Source: Bacteriovoracaceae bacterium (GTDB lineage Bacteria > Bdellovibrionota > Bacteriovoracia > Bacteriovoracales > Bacteriovoracaceae). Taken from it: a stretch of DNA of 64,000 nucleotides. Positions 29,753 through 40,671 of this stretch are shown in pieces. The DNA is taken from assembly GCA_048270185.1 (NCBI GenBank), contig JBLWTJ010000001.1:1440001-1504000 (forward strand). The letters are read 5' to 3'. Every line of letters begins with the position of its first letter. The stretch's first letter is position 1. The notes beneath the pieces were generated by a model, which did not search any database, was not told the DNA's origin, and was given only the letters and a program-made list of their open reading frames with translations. The translations under genes were made by a program, and so were the position numbers.

Positions 29753-30991
29753 TTAGAAGTTATATTTAACTGCAAATCTTGTGTAAGCATTGTCTGAAAC
29801 TGATCCAACAAGTGTATCAACAGCAATCTTATTCCAAGTCATTGTTGCACCTAAGTTAACAGTCGTTGTGTTTGAGAAAGAAGTCTTTCCATTTGAACCA
29901 AAGTTACCACCGTATGCACCAATACCAGCAGCCTTAAGACCAGAAGCATCTGAGTCACCTGCAGTAGCAGCAACACCAGCAACTAGACCACCAAGGTTTT
30001 GAGAGTCAGCTTCACCAAAAACAGTTTGCTTAACAGAACCTCTAAGAGTTAACCACTCATTAGCTTTTGATTCAAATCCAACGATGATTGGAAGATTGAT
30101 TGTACTAAGTTCTTTCTTAGTAGCTGTATCAATTTCGATATCGATTTTTGTAACTTGTGCTCTTACGAATACCATTGTGTCGTTAGAAGCTGTGTACTCC
30201 TTCCCTGCACCGATATCAAGTCTAGTGAATCCGCCATCAAATGTTCCGTTATCAGCTGTTAGGTTTTGAGTTTGTTCCCAATCAAACATCTTGTATGATC
30301 CGTAAACTTTTAGGTCTTGGTTGAAAGTCATTGACCCACCAACTTGTACACCAAGCTTTCCATCAAACTTGTTACCTGTTGCAACGTTTTCAGACTCAGA
30401 GTTTAGAGAGATATTTGCATATGCATCCCAGTTATTCTTGTTAACACCAAGTCTGACGGCCATTGCACTATCTTCTAGTTTTTCATTTACAGAGTTCTTT
30501 CTGTCTGAAGAAGCGTAGATGAAATCAACACCCCAGTTAACACCAGCTTGACCACCAAAGAAGATATCTACTTGGTTGTCAGAAGTAGCTAGGTAACCAT
30601 TAGAATCGTTACCATCAGAAGCGATAATTCTTAGAAGTGAAGAAACGTTTGACTCATTTCCAAGGTAAGCACCGTAAGTGAACTTACCATGTTTCTTTAA
30701 GAAACCACCCATTGCCTTTGGGTTTTGATCTGTATCAAGAGTCGTGTGCTCAGTATCAGTTACTGCCCAAGTTACACCTGAGTAAGAAGCAGCACCTTGT
30801 GATCCGTGCTCGTATACAACCATGTCACCAAAGTTGTTGATGAATGAAGCGTTTGTGAAGATGTAACGATCATCCATTGTGTAGTAGTTATCTTCAACTT
30901 CGTCACCTAGAGCAAGTAGTCTTGCTTTTGTTGCGTAAGCACTTGAGCTTAAAACAGCTAAAGTCATGGCACCTAAAAATACCTTTTTCAT
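29753..30991 (-). CDS. Major outer-membrane porin-like protein, PopA (Bd0427)-like
   Basis: Start ATG 30991 after AAGGAGAGG; mature N-terminus ATKARLLALG, P.A.GGF..KHG, GAYLG resemble B. bacteriovorus PopA as recalled (SKARVEAL..., HAEGGF.KRHG, GAYFG); WLTLRGSV; C-terminal VKYNF. Confidence 0.75.
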   Translation of the reverse strand: MKKVFLGAMTLAVLSSSAYATKARLLALGDEVEDNYYTMDDRYIFTNASFINNFGDMVVYEHGSQGAASYSGVTWAVTDTEHTTLDTDQNPKAMGGFLKKHGKFTYGAYLGNESNVSSLLRIIASDGNDSNGYLATSDNQVDIFFGGQAGVNWGVDFIYASSDRKNSVNEKLEDSAMAVRLGVNKNNWDAYANISLNSESENVATGNKFDGKLGVQVGGSMTFNQDLKVYGSYKMFDWEQTQNLTADNGTFDGGFTRLDIGAGKEYTASNDTMVFVRAQVTKIDIEIDTATKKELSTINLPIIVGFESKANEWLTLRGSVKQTVFGEADSQNLGGLVAGVAATAGDSDASGLKAAGIGAYGGNFGSNGKTSFSNTTTVNLGATMTWNKIAVDTLVGSVSDNAYTRFAVKYNF

Positions 30992-31086
30992 ATTCCTCTC
31001 CTTGAGTGAGTAATAATTCCGTGTGTAATAAAACACTAAAAAATGTTAGTTATTAAATTTTCAAAGGAGTTGGGATGAATGTCAAC

Positions 31087-31122
31087 ACCCCGAAATCGCA
31101 TATGACTTATCAATTTCGGGGT
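31087..31122. terminator. Hairpin after 31138-32268 gene, upstream of popA-like gene
   Basis: ACCCCGAAAT ... ATTTCGGGGT 10-bp inverted repeat. Confidence 0.5.
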
Positions 31123-31137
31123 TATTGTAGGCTTTTT

Positions 31138-32268
31138 TTATTTTATATTTGCTTGTACGGCCATGCCTCTTGCGAGGAATTTTGACGACAACCAGGAATC
31201 TACGAATGTAGCATTCTTCGTCGCAGCTTGCTTTAATGGAGCATTAAAACTAAAGAAAATTAGATGTTCTTCATTAAGTGTACTTGCTTCTAGATTTGAA
31301 TCGTCAATATCTGGACAATAAGAATAATCTTTTAAAACCACGCGCTCTTTTGACTTATTCTCATCAAATCTGTCAAAATTCTTGGCCAGATTTTTTTTCA
31401 GAAGATTGATTTTTTTAGAAATATCTTCTTCTGTCGACTCTTCTTTATCAACAAAAGTTACAAATTTAGCAGTTTGAGCATATCCTTCGCTCTCAGCTGG
31501 CCCAATTTCACCAATAAAATGTCCCCAATCATGAGTAAATGAAAGCGGAAAGAAGAACGTTTCTTCTTCTTCAGTAATAGCTTCTTCAAGGTCTAAGTGA
31601 ACATATAAAGAGCAAGGAGTGTTTGTCGTTTCACAAAACTCAATGAATTCAGAAGATAGCGTTTTCTTATCTTTAAAAAATTCTAAGAACTGTGCAGGAG
31701 ACTCTCCCCAATAAAGATTTTCACATTCGATGATAAGACCGTTTGTTAGGTAGATCTTCCAAAAGGCCTGATCAATTAGTTCTTCAGGAGTCGTACGATA
31801 GATATCCTTAATTCTTAAGTTATAGCTATTAGCACGGATATTTGAAATTAACTCATCATTTGAAAGTGAAGGTAGAATTGTTTTTGGATCAATATTAATA
31901 TGCTCATCAATATAGCTTTCTTCACCCCACAGAAGTGGCATAGGCTTTGTACGAGAGCCAAATTGATGAAACTTAGAGTCTTTATAGAAACAAGAGCCAC
32001 TAATCTTTTCCTCATTAACAAATCCAAGTTCTCTTAGAATTTCAATATTATTTTCACCACGAACCAGTGATGGCCCCATTAATTTTAAGTTATCTTCAGT
32101 GACGGCTTCTTCTGAAAGAAGCTTCACATTTGTTGAATCTAATGAAAAGAGATGGTGAAAAAGGTCGATTGCAAAAATATCATTACCAACGACAAGATTC
32201 TTAATGAAAACCTTTTCCTCGTTTTTAACTTCTACTTTTTTTAGTTTTAAAATATCACTATAGGCCAT
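31138..32268 (-). CDS. Hypothetical protein (possibly degenerate FAD-binding oxidoreductase fold)
   Basis: 376-aa ORF with RBS GAGGGG; N-terminal LVVGN beta-alpha lacks the GxGxxG glycines. Confidence 0.6.
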   Translation of the reverse strand: MAYSDILKLKKVEVKNEEKVFIKNLVVGNDIFAIDLFHHLFSLDSTNVKLLSEEAVTEDNLKLMGPSLVRGENNIEILRELGFVNEEKISGSCFYKDSKFHQFGSRTKPMPLLWGEESYIDEHINIDPKTILPSLSNDELISNIRANSYNLRIKDIYRTTPEELIDQAFWKIYLTNGLIIECENLYWGESPAQFLEFFKDKKTLSSEFIEFCETTNTPCSLYVHLDLEEAITEEEETFFFPLSFTHDWGHFIGEIGPAESEGYAQTAKFVTFVDKEESTEEDISKKINLLKKNLAKNFDRFDENKSKERVVLKDYSYCPDIDDSNLEASTLNEEHLIFFSFNAPLKQAATKNATFVDSWLSSKFLARGMAVQANIK

Positions 32269-32340
32269 AGTTCAAATTCCCTCAGTATGTGTGTTGTGTT
32301 TGGAATACCATAGCTTATTTTTTTTGATATTAAAATAGCG

Positions 32341-32364
32341 AAACCACGCATTAAAGCGTGGTTT
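32341..32364 (-). terminator. Hairpin downstream of mltD
   Basis: AAACCACGC-6nt-GCGTGGTTT. Confidence 0.6.
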
Positions 32365-32404
32365 AGGGTATTTATGCTATTTTTTTCTTACTTTTTACTA
32401 GTGA

Positions 32405-33922
32405 TTACTTTACGACAAGAACGTCACCAGCTCTAATCTGTCTCTTCTTAATAATATTAAGATTTGAAACGATTAAAGTATCGAGGCTTGTTCCAGTTTT
32501 GCGAGAAACAGACCAAAGAGAGTCCCCTCTTTGAACTGTATAGTATTTTTGAGGATTCGTAATTTTCGTTCCTCTCTGCTTTGCCATACGAATACGGTTC
32601 TTATATTTTCTCTTTCTTACAACTGACTTACGAGGCTTATCGTAAAGATCAGCATACATATTATCTTTCTTACTCTGACCAATTCTGAATGGAAGAGTAA
32701 TATAAGATCCTCTTTTAACACGATTCTTATGTGATTTATAATCGTCATTAAGCCATGTTAAAACCTTTGGATCTTTGATCTTAAACTTCTTTGCAACATC
32801 ATTCAGACGCGTTTTTTTACCTCTAACACGATACTTTTGAAAAACGTCTTGGCTTGCGATGTAATTAGTTTGAGAACAGCACTCTGCCCACAGCTCTTTC
32901 TTTCCAACAGGAACTCGAAGTGTATAAGTCTTATGAGTCGGAGGTGTAAACCATCTTTGGATTTCTGGATTTAAGTAGTGTAGATCATCGAATTCAACGT
33001 TAAGATCTTTTGCGATTTCAAATAGATCTGCTCCCCCAGGAACTTGAATTTCTTGAAAATCGAGTGGCTCATGCCAATCAATTTCTTCAAATCCAAACGA
33101 CTTTAAGTTTTTTCCAATAATAGCAAGTGCCATAATCTTTGGAACGTAATTCTTTGTTTCAGGCTTTAAGTATCGGCCTCTTCTTATTTGCCAGAAGTTC
33201 TTCGTATTATAGCGACGAATCGCTCGACTCATTTTTCCTTCACCTGCATTATAAGAAGCACAAGCAAGTTCCCACGAGCCAAATTGATTATATAATTTCT
33301 TTAAGTACTTTGAAGCTGCAACTGAAGACTTGATTGGGTCACGTCTTTCATCAACAAACCAGTTAACTTCAAGTCCATAGCGACGACCAGTGTATGGCAT
33401 AAACTGCCAAGGACCGACGGCCTTTGCCCAAGACTTGGCCTTTGCCTGAAAGCCTGATTCGGCCATTGCTAAGAAAATTAAATCTTGTGGAAGACCGTTA
33501 TCTTTAAGAACTTTTGAAAGAATTGGTGCATACCTTCCAGCACGAGCAGAATAGCGTGAAAAGAAGCCTCTACCTCTGCCGGTAAAATACTTAATCCATT
33601 TTTTCACAGCGGCATTGTAGACAACAGGAATATCAAAGTAATTATTCTCTAAATTTAAATGCTCAGCACCATAGAGAAAGTAAGTTTTAATTTCGTGATT
33701 AGCTGGGTGATCGATGATTGCCGATCCAACAATCTGATCATTAGAGAATTCAGCACCGTGCTTAGCACTTCTAGCGATGATTTTTTCTTCCGAGAACTCT
33801 GCGCTCGCATCACTTCCAATAACATCCGAGATATCTTTTGGGCTTGGAACTTCTTTTTCTGTACTAATACAAGAAAATAAAAATTGGGTCATTAGCAGTA
33901 ATAATATTGCATTTCTTCTCAT
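32405..33922 (-). CDS. mltD: Membrane-bound lytic murein transglycosylase D-like lipoprotein with LysM
   Basis: Lipobox LFSC; LAMAESGF, GPWQFM, DERRDP, YNAGEG, ETKNYVPK; C-terminal LysM (YTVQRGDSLW). Confidence 0.9.
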   Translation of the reverse strand: MRRNAILLLLMTQFLFSCISTEKEVPSPKDISDVIGSDASAEFSEEKIIARSAKHGAEFSNDQIVGSAIIDHPANHEIKTYFLYGAEHLNLENNYFDIPVVYNAAVKKWIKYFTGRGRGFFSRYSARAGRYAPILSKVLKDNGLPQDLIFLAMAESGFQAKAKSWAKAVGPWQFMPYTGRRYGLEVNWFVDERRDPIKSSVAASKYLKKLYNQFGSWELACASYNAGEGKMSRAIRRYNTKNFWQIRRGRYLKPETKNYVPKIMALAIIGKNLKSFGFEEIDWHEPLDFQEIQVPGGADLFEIAKDLNVEFDDLHYLNPEIQRWFTPPTHKTYTLRVPVGKKELWAECCSQTNYIASQDVFQKYRVRGKKTRLNDVAKKFKIKDPKVLTWLNDDYKSHKNRVKRGSYITLPFRIGQSKKDNMYADLYDKPRKSVVRKRKYKNRIRMAKQRGTKITNPQKYYTVQRGDSLWSVSRKTGTSLDTLIVSNLNIIKKRQIRAGDVLVVK

Positions 33923-33938
33923 CGAGCTTCCTTAATTT

Positions 33939-33965
33939 AAAAAAAAAAGGCCCAGCGAATGGGCC
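33939..33965 (-). terminator. Intrinsic terminator-like hairpin just upstream of mltD
   Basis: GGCCCA-ttcgc-TGGGCC followed by T10 on the minus strand. Confidence 0.7.
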
Positions 33966-34058
33966 CTAGTTATTTTTTCAAATTGTGGTGTCTGAGTCAA
34001 CGAGGAAAAGATTTATTTGACTTTAAAGCGAGTCTAAAATCAACAACTTATCTTTATT

Positions 34059-35321
34059 TCAATCCTTTTTACTATTAATAAGCATCGAATCGACCACAAC
34101 TGTACCCATTGCGTCACCGAACACGTTCACAGCTGTCCTAAACATATCGAGGACACGATCAACGGCAAGAATCAATCCAATACCTTCAATTGGTAGCCCT
34201 ACGGCCGAAAGTACAATCGACATTGTAATTAATCCCGCTCCCGGAATAGCTGCTGCCCCAATGGCCGCAAGAGAAGCTGTCATAAAGATAATGATCTGAT
34301 TTGTGATCCCAAGTTCAATTCCATAAGCTTGAGCAATAAAGATTGCTGCAACAGATTCGTATAAAGCAGTCCCATCCATATTAATCGTTGCCCCAAGTGG
34401 TAGAACAAATTTGGCCGTATCTTTATCGACACCAAGATTCTCTTCCACATTCATCATTGTAATAGGAAGAGTTGCTGCCGAAGAGGCCGTCGAAAATGCT
34501 GTTACAATTGCTGGCCCAATACCCTTAAGGATAAATAACGGTGATTTTTTGGAACGAATACAGCCAACTACTAACAAGAAAATTCCATGACACAAAAGAC
34601 CAAGGATTACTGTTAGCATGTATTTTGAGAGTGATACAATTGCATCGACTCCAGACTTAGCAAGGACTCCTGTCATAAGGACAAAGATACCGTAAGGAGC
34701 TAAGCTCATTACTCCCATTGTTAATTTGTTTGAAAGTTCCTCAAGAGCACCAACAACTTTAACAAATGATTCACTCTCTTTTGGAATAAATAGCGCAGTC
34801 ATTCCCATAAGAATTGAGAAGACAATTACTTGTAGAATATTTCCATCGGCCATGGCACCAAATGGATTGGTCGGAATTGCACCGAGAAGAACTTCTTTAA
34901 TCGAAGCAAATAGCGACATCCAACCACCAGAGTTACTTGCAACTTTAGATTGCATCGCCTCATTAAGACCATGTACACCTGCGCTTCCTAAATCAGCGCC
35001 AACACCTGGATTGATAAGATTGACAAAAATAATTCCGAATCCAACGGCGATACAAGTAGTAATGAAATAATAGGCAACGGCCCTAACACCCATACGCCCC
35101 AAAGACTCAGGAGTCCCTAAGTGATACATGGCCATGAAAATCGAAGAGAATACTAGTGGAATAATAACCATTTTAAGAAGGCCAATAAATGCGTCACCAA
35201 TTGGCGCTATAAATTGTACGTAATTTCCCTTTCCAAAATAATGAAGTAGTAGCCCTAACACTAGGCCTAAAACCATCGCAATCCCGATCTTTTGAGCTTC
35301 CTTCTTAGCAGCTGGTTGCAT
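34059..35321 (-). CDS. Dicarboxylate/amino acid:cation symporter (GltP/DAACS family)
   Basis: LLKMVIIPLVF, AFSTASSAATLP, PLGATINMDGTALY, DRVLDMFRT..N..GD. Confidence 0.93.
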   Translation of the reverse strand: MQPAAKKEAQKIGIAMVLGLVLGLLLHYFGKGNYVQFIAPIGDAFIGLLKMVIIPLVFSSIFMAMYHLGTPESLGRMGVRAVAYYFITTCIAVGFGIIFVNLINPGVGADLGSAGVHGLNEAMQSKVASNSGGWMSLFASIKEVLLGAIPTNPFGAMADGNILQVIVFSILMGMTALFIPKESESFVKVVGALEELSNKLTMGVMSLAPYGIFVLMTGVLAKSGVDAIVSLSKYMLTVILGLLCHGIFLLVVGCIRSKKSPLFILKGIGPAIVTAFSTASSAATLPITMMNVEENLGVDKDTAKFVLPLGATINMDGTALYESVAAIFIAQAYGIELGITNQIIIFMTASLAAIGAAAIPGAGLITMSIVLSAVGLPIEGIGLILAVDRVLDMFRTAVNVFGDAMGTVVVDSMLINSKKD

Positions 35322-35369
35322 TTAATTCCCCTTTTATCTATATCAAATTAAATCGTCTAAAATAACGTT

Positions 35370-35915
35370 ATGAAACGCGAACTTCAAAAAAAATTTATAA
35401 CTTGTTCAACTATTCTCTTATTATTTTGCATATTTATCAATCCGGCAAAAGCTAAGGTTGAAAAGCCAAATTATAATTTTACGTTTGAAAAACTAAAGCC
35501 TTTCTATCCTGGACAAAAACTCTCTGATATACAAAAAGAGTTTAAAGGTATTCGTCTTATCAACGAGAAGAAGCCCGCTGCCACTTATGAAATACTCATT
35601 CGTCATAGCAGTTATTTCTTTCCAGTCTTTATCAATGTTATTGGCGATGAAGTTCTCGATGTCTATGCAAGGCTTCCCAATTACTTCCTTCACGATGTTT
35701 TTCACCAATCTCTTATAAACCGCTATGGGCCCCAGGATAGTTACTTAAACAAGGATGAAACTTCGGTCTATATTTGGAATGATGAAGAAGGTCTAACAAT
35801 AACCTACTCAGGAGCCTGTACGATTACTTGCTTTCCAATCTTTGTTCACATGATAAAGAAAGATCAAGCAAGTAATCCAGAAAGTCTTTTAAAGAAAACA
35901 ATTAAAGCTAATTAG
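35370..35915 (+). CDS. Exported hypothetical protein
   Basis: Signal peptide (AKA); GACTITCFP motif. Confidence 0.65.
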   Translation: MKRELQKKFITCSTILLLFCIFINPAKAKVEKPNYNFTFEKLKPFYPGQKLSDIQKEFKGIRLINEKKPAATYEILIRHSSYFFPVFINVIGDEVLDVYARLPNYFLHDVFHQSLINRYGPQDSYLNKDETSVYIWNDEEGLTITYSGACTITCFPIFVHMIKKDQASNPESLLKKTIKAN

Positions 35916-35918
35916 CTT

Positions 35919-36728
35919 TTAATTCATTTCTTGTTCAATATCATTAAGTGAATAACGATAGATATGAAGATTCTTTGCAAGTGTAGTAATCACTTGGCGA
36001 TTTGCTATCGGTAATCCATTGGCACCAAAGTATGCCGTGTGAATGGCCAGAAAAGCCTGGGCATCTTCAAATCTCAATTTTGTCGGAGCATATTTATGAT
36101 GAGGATCTAATTTGATCATCATTTCTGATTTTCTAAGGGCCTTTACACCATTCATTGTGAAGATATTATGATTTCGGTAATCAATAAAAATGGCCTCACC
36201 TTTGACATCATTCATTCGGCCGAGAACGACACCTTCTCTTACCTTACGTCCCCAGAAGCCAGCTATGCCCATAGGGGCCAAGGCCCAGCTAAGATAGCGA
36301 TTGAGAACGATACGACTTTCAAAATCTCTCTCACTATGGCCAAATTCAGGAAAAGTCCCCATCAGCCATTCATTTGAAGCCAGAGAAAGGACAATCATGG
36401 CCATATTTTTGTAGCGGTAAACATTGTATCCAGATTTTTGAACAATGGACTCTTTACCATATTTATCATTGTCAAAATTTGAGCGGATTTGCGAGGCAAC
36501 CATCGGTGTGGCCTCATCAATTGTCAGAACTTTTGCAAGCTGATTTGAAGCTATATTTTGTTGGGCCTGCTCACTTTCCTTCTCTCCCAATTCAGTGAAG
36601 TTCATGATCTGTAGAAAGCCCGCAATTTCCGGATCAAACTCCGCCACACGAAGTCTAATATAAACCGGGATCGCTTGGTCTTTAGCATATTGATAATATG
36701 TGTATTTCTCATTACTTAAAGATTGCAT
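35919..36728 (-). CDS. Hypothetical protein
   Basis: 269 aa; RBS GGAGG; sigma28-like box upstream. Confidence 0.7.
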   Translation of the reverse strand: MQSLSNEKYTYYQYAKDQAIPVYIRLRVAEFDPEIAGFLQIMNFTELGEKESEQAQQNIASNQLAKVLTIDEATPMVASQIRSNFDNDKYGKESIVQKSGYNVYRYKNMAMIVLSLASNEWLMGTFPEFGHSERDFESRIVLNRYLSWALAPMGIAGFWGRKVREGVVLGRMNDVKGEAIFIDYRNHNIFTMNGVKALRKSEMMIKLDPHHKYAPTKLRFEDAQAFLAIHTAYFGANGLPIANRQVITTLAKNLHIYRYSLNDIEQEMN

Positions 36729-36849
36729 AACAGTCCTCCAACTACCTGACTTTTCGGTATTTTAGGACCTGGTCATGAAGATTTGCGCACCTTAACAAAG
36801 AACTAGGCAAAAAATCCTCAAAATAAGCATGGTAATTGCGTCTTAGTAC

Positions 36850-36878
36850 TTGACATTAGGCCCAATTCTTAATAAAAA
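36850..36878 (+). promoter_or_regulatory. Sigma70 promoter of rplU-rpmA
   Basis: TTGACA-N17-TAAAAA. Confidence 0.6.
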
Positions 36879-36964
36879 TCATGGTTTCATAGAGTTAATT
36901 TTCAGTCCGAGGGACAAAAGAGTTGCTTGCAACCCCCAACGATTGCCTTGTACTAGGAGAAATT

Positions 36965-37270
36965 ATGTACGGAGTAGTAGAAATTTCAGGTCATCAGTAT
37001 CGTGTAGAAGCTGGTATGACTATTGACGTTCAAAAGTTAGATCAAGAAGCTGGTTCAACTGTAGAATTTGATAAAGTTCTATTTGTTGGTGGTGAAACTG
37101 CAAAAGTTGGAGCTCCAACTGTAGCTGGTGCTAAAGTTGTTGCAGAAGTTGTTAGACACGATCGTTCAAGAAAAGTTATCGTTTCTAAAAGAAAGCCAGG
37201 TAAATACTTTAAAAAGAACGGACACAGACAACATTTTACAACTTTAAAAATCAAAGAAGTAAAAGCTTAA
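36965..37270 (+). CDS. rplU: 50S ribosomal protein L21
   Basis: MYGVVEISGHQYRV...GHRQHFT; true start ATG 36965 after AGGAG. Confidence 0.96.
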   Translation: MYGVVEISGHQYRVEAGMTIDVQKLDQEAGSTVEFDKVLFVGGETAKVGAPTVAGAKVVAEVVRHDRSRKVIVSKRKPGKYFKKNGHRQHFTTLKIKEVKA

Positions 37271-37296
37271 TCAATTTTTTAATTTAGGAGTTAGAT

Positions 37297-37551
37297 ATGG
37301 CACACAAGAAAGCCGGTGGTTCAACAAGTAACGGACGTGATTCAAACCCAAACATGTATGGTGTTAAGAAATTTGGTGGAGAAGCAGTAGTTCCAGGTAA
37401 TATCATTATTAGACAAGCGGGATCTAAATTCCACGCTGGTAAAAACGTAAAAGTTGGAAAAGACTTTACTATTTTCGCTACGAAATCAGGTAAAGTTCAA
37501 TTTGGTTTTTACAACAAGAAGAAACAAATCGTTTCTGTTGTTGAAGCTTAA
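37297..37551 (+). CDS. rpmA: 50S ribosomal protein L27
   Basis: [16 protein letters not shown]. Confidence 0.98.
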   Translation: MAHKKAGGSTSNGRDSNPNMYGVKKFGGEAVVPGNIIIRQAGSKFHAGKNVKVGKDFTIFATKSGKVQFGFYNKKKQIVSVVEA

Positions 37552-37588
37552 TTAATTTTCACTACACTATTAATTAGTTGTAAATATT

Positions 37589-37620
37589 AAAGGGAGCCTA
37601 TACATAGCGCTCCCTTTTTT
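37589..37620 (+). terminator. Intrinsic terminator between rpmA and obg
   Basis: AAAGGGAGC...GCTCCCTTTTTT. Confidence 0.75.
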
Positions 37621-37627
37621 TATATAA

Positions 37628-38638
<1,011 letters not shown>

Positions 38639-38641
38639 CCA

Positions 38642-39103
38642 ATGTCGAATGAATTTATTTCAAAGAATGTTGATGAAATTGTAGAAAATAAAAACTTTGA
38701 ATTCCCTCAAAATATCGCAATGGCAAGTGCCTGGATTTTAGGAAACTTTAAGGGAATCAATCTTAAAATTTTAGATATGAGAAAGACAACGTCTCTAGCT
38801 GATTACTTTATTCTAGCTTCTGCTACAAACTCATCTCAAGCAAGTTCAATGGCCGATGAAATAGCCAAACAACTAAAGAGAAAAGGACAAACAGTAATCT
38901 CAAGAGAAGGTCTAAATCAACCAAATGAATGGATCCTAATTGACCTTGGAGATATCATTGTTCATATCTTTGAAGAGTCTGCTCGTCAGGCCTATGATAT
39001 CGACAATCTTTGGTCTGTACCAAATCTTGAAATTCCAAATGAGTACTACTACTCATCAGATGAAGCTGAAACAGCAAAAGAAACAGATAAGGGTTATTTC
39101 TAA
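38642..39103 (+). CDS. rsfS: Ribosome silencing factor RsfS (Iojap)
   Basis: DYFILAS, WILIDLGDIIVHIF...R..YD...LW. Confidence 0.92.
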   Translation: MSNEFISKNVDEIVENKNFEFPQNIAMASAWILGNFKGINLKILDMRKTTSLADYFILASATNSSQASSMADEIAKQLKRKGQTVISREGLNQPNEWILIDLGDIIVHIFEESARQAYDIDNLWSVPNLEIPNEYYYSSDEAETAKETDKGYF

Positions 39104-39109
39104 GAACCC

Positions 39110-39577
39110 ATGAAAGACAATCACTTAATTGTCATTGGGAAGTTAAAGGATAAGCACCTGCTTGCTCTTGAGAATGAATATCTTAAGCGCATAAACTTCC
39201 CAAAACTTCATATCCATGAATGTAAAGGTCATCAAGAAAATATCGATCTTGAACTAAAAGAACTCTTAAATAAAGTCGATTCAATTAAAGCAAAGTTTGG
39301 AAATCAACATATCGTTGCCATGACAGAACATGGAAAGACATGTGATAGCGAGAAGCTTAGTCATTTTATTTATGATGTTATTGAGAACCAACAACGCGGT
39401 ATCTGCTTTCTGATTGGTGGAGCGGCAGGTTTCCCTAAGGCCTTTTTAAAGTCTGTTGATTACCAGCTTTCTTTATCGCCAATGACTTTTCCACACAAGA
39501 TTGCACGCCTTGTACTTATTGAACAAATTTATCGAGCACAGACGATCAAACAAGATCATCCCTACCATAAGAATTAA
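39110..39577 (+). CDS. rlmH: 23S rRNA m3Psi1915 methyltransferase
   Basis: IGKLK, FLIGGA.G, SLS.MTFPH..ARL.L.EQIYRA..I....PYH. Confidence 0.93.
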   Translation: MKDNHLIVIGKLKDKHLLALENEYLKRINFPKLHIHECKGHQENIDLELKELLNKVDSIKAKFGNQHIVAMTEHGKTCDSEKLSHFIYDVIENQQRGICFLIGGAAGFPKAFLKSVDYQLSLSPMTFPHKIARLVLIEQIYRAQTIKQDHPYHKN

Positions 39578-39579
39578 TC

Positions 39580-40584
39580 TTAACTAACGCCGATTGCTTT
39601 TTTTATTCGAGCAAGGTTTGCTTGTGCGATAGGACGAATCTTTGCAGCACCTTCTGCAAGAACGGCATCAATTTGTGATTTGTCGGCCATAAGGGCATCA
39701 TACTTTTCACGCATTGGAGCAAGTTCACGGTTAACAACTTCAAAAAGTTCAAGTTTGGCGTGTCCCCATCCAATTCCCTCTTGATAGCGCTTTGCTAGGG
39801 CCTCTTGTTCGGCCGAAGTTGCAAAAAACTTATAGATATCAAAAATAAGAGAATCATCTGGATTCTTTGGTGCTTCCGGTGGCGTTGAGTCTGTTGTGAT
39901 TTTATTAATCATTTTCTTTAATTTCTTTTCAGGAACAAAACATGGAATATGATTTCCATAAGACTTACTCATCTTACGGCCATCAAGACCTGGCAGAAGT
40001 TTATTTTCGGCCTTGCTAACAATGGCCTCCGGTAGAGTTAAGATCTCACCAAATTTATGATTAAAACTTGAAGCGATATCACGAGCAATTTCGATATGCT
40101 GAAGTTGATCTTCCCCTACAGGCACATAGTCAGTATTCATAAAAAGAATATCTGCGGCCATTAGAACAGGATATGAGAAGAGTCCCATATTAATACCAAA
40201 GTCTTCATCACGGTTCTCTTCGGCATTCTTATCTTTCTTGGCCTTATAAGCGTGTGCTCGATTCATTAAGCCCTTAGAAGCAAAACAAGAAATAATCCAG
40301 TTAAGTTCTGTAATTTCAGGGATATCACTTTGTTTGTATAGGATTGCTTTATTTGGATCAAGACCGGCAGCTAGCCAAGTTGCAGCCACTTCATAAATAT
40401 CACTACGAAGAGTATCACCATCATGAACTGTAATAAGAGAATGGTAGTCAGCAATGAAGAAGTACCCTTTCATATCAGAGCTATTAACATTTTCAATTGC
40501 CGGCTTAATTGCACCAATGAGATTTCCAAGATGTGGCATCCCTGTTGGCTTGACTCCAGTTAAACAAATTTTTCCATTACTCAT
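39580..40584 (-). CDS. trpS: Tryptophan--tRNA ligase
   Basis: TG.KPTG.PHLGN, YPVLMAADIL, VPVGEDQ.QH, KMSKS. Confidence 0.96.
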   Translation of the reverse strand: MSNGKICLTGVKPTGMPHLGNLIGAIKPAIENVNSSDMKGYFFIADYHSLITVHDGDTLRSDIYEVAATWLAAGLDPNKAILYKQSDIPEITELNWIISCFASKGLMNRAHAYKAKKDKNAEENRDEDFGINMGLFSYPVLMAADILFMNTDYVPVGEDQLQHIEIARDIASSFNHKFGEILTLPEAIVSKAENKLLPGLDGRKMSKSYGNHIPCFVPEKKLKKMINKITTDSTPPEAPKNPDDSLIFDIYKFFATSAEQEALAKRYQEGIGWGHAKLELFEVVNRELAPMREKYDALMADKSQIDAVLAEGAAKIRPIAQANLARIKKAIGVS

Positions 40585-40618
40585 ATAAGATTCCTTAATT
40601 AGCTTCTAATTTTATAAC

Positions 40619-40646
40619 AAAAAAAAAGGGCCCTGCAAGGCCCTTT
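40619..40646 (-). terminator. Intrinsic terminator
   Basis: AAAGGGCC-6nt-GGCCCTTT with a long T-run on the minus strand, after the 40672 gene. Confidence 0.75.
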
Positions 40647-40671
40647 CAATCTTATATCTAATAAATGAGTT

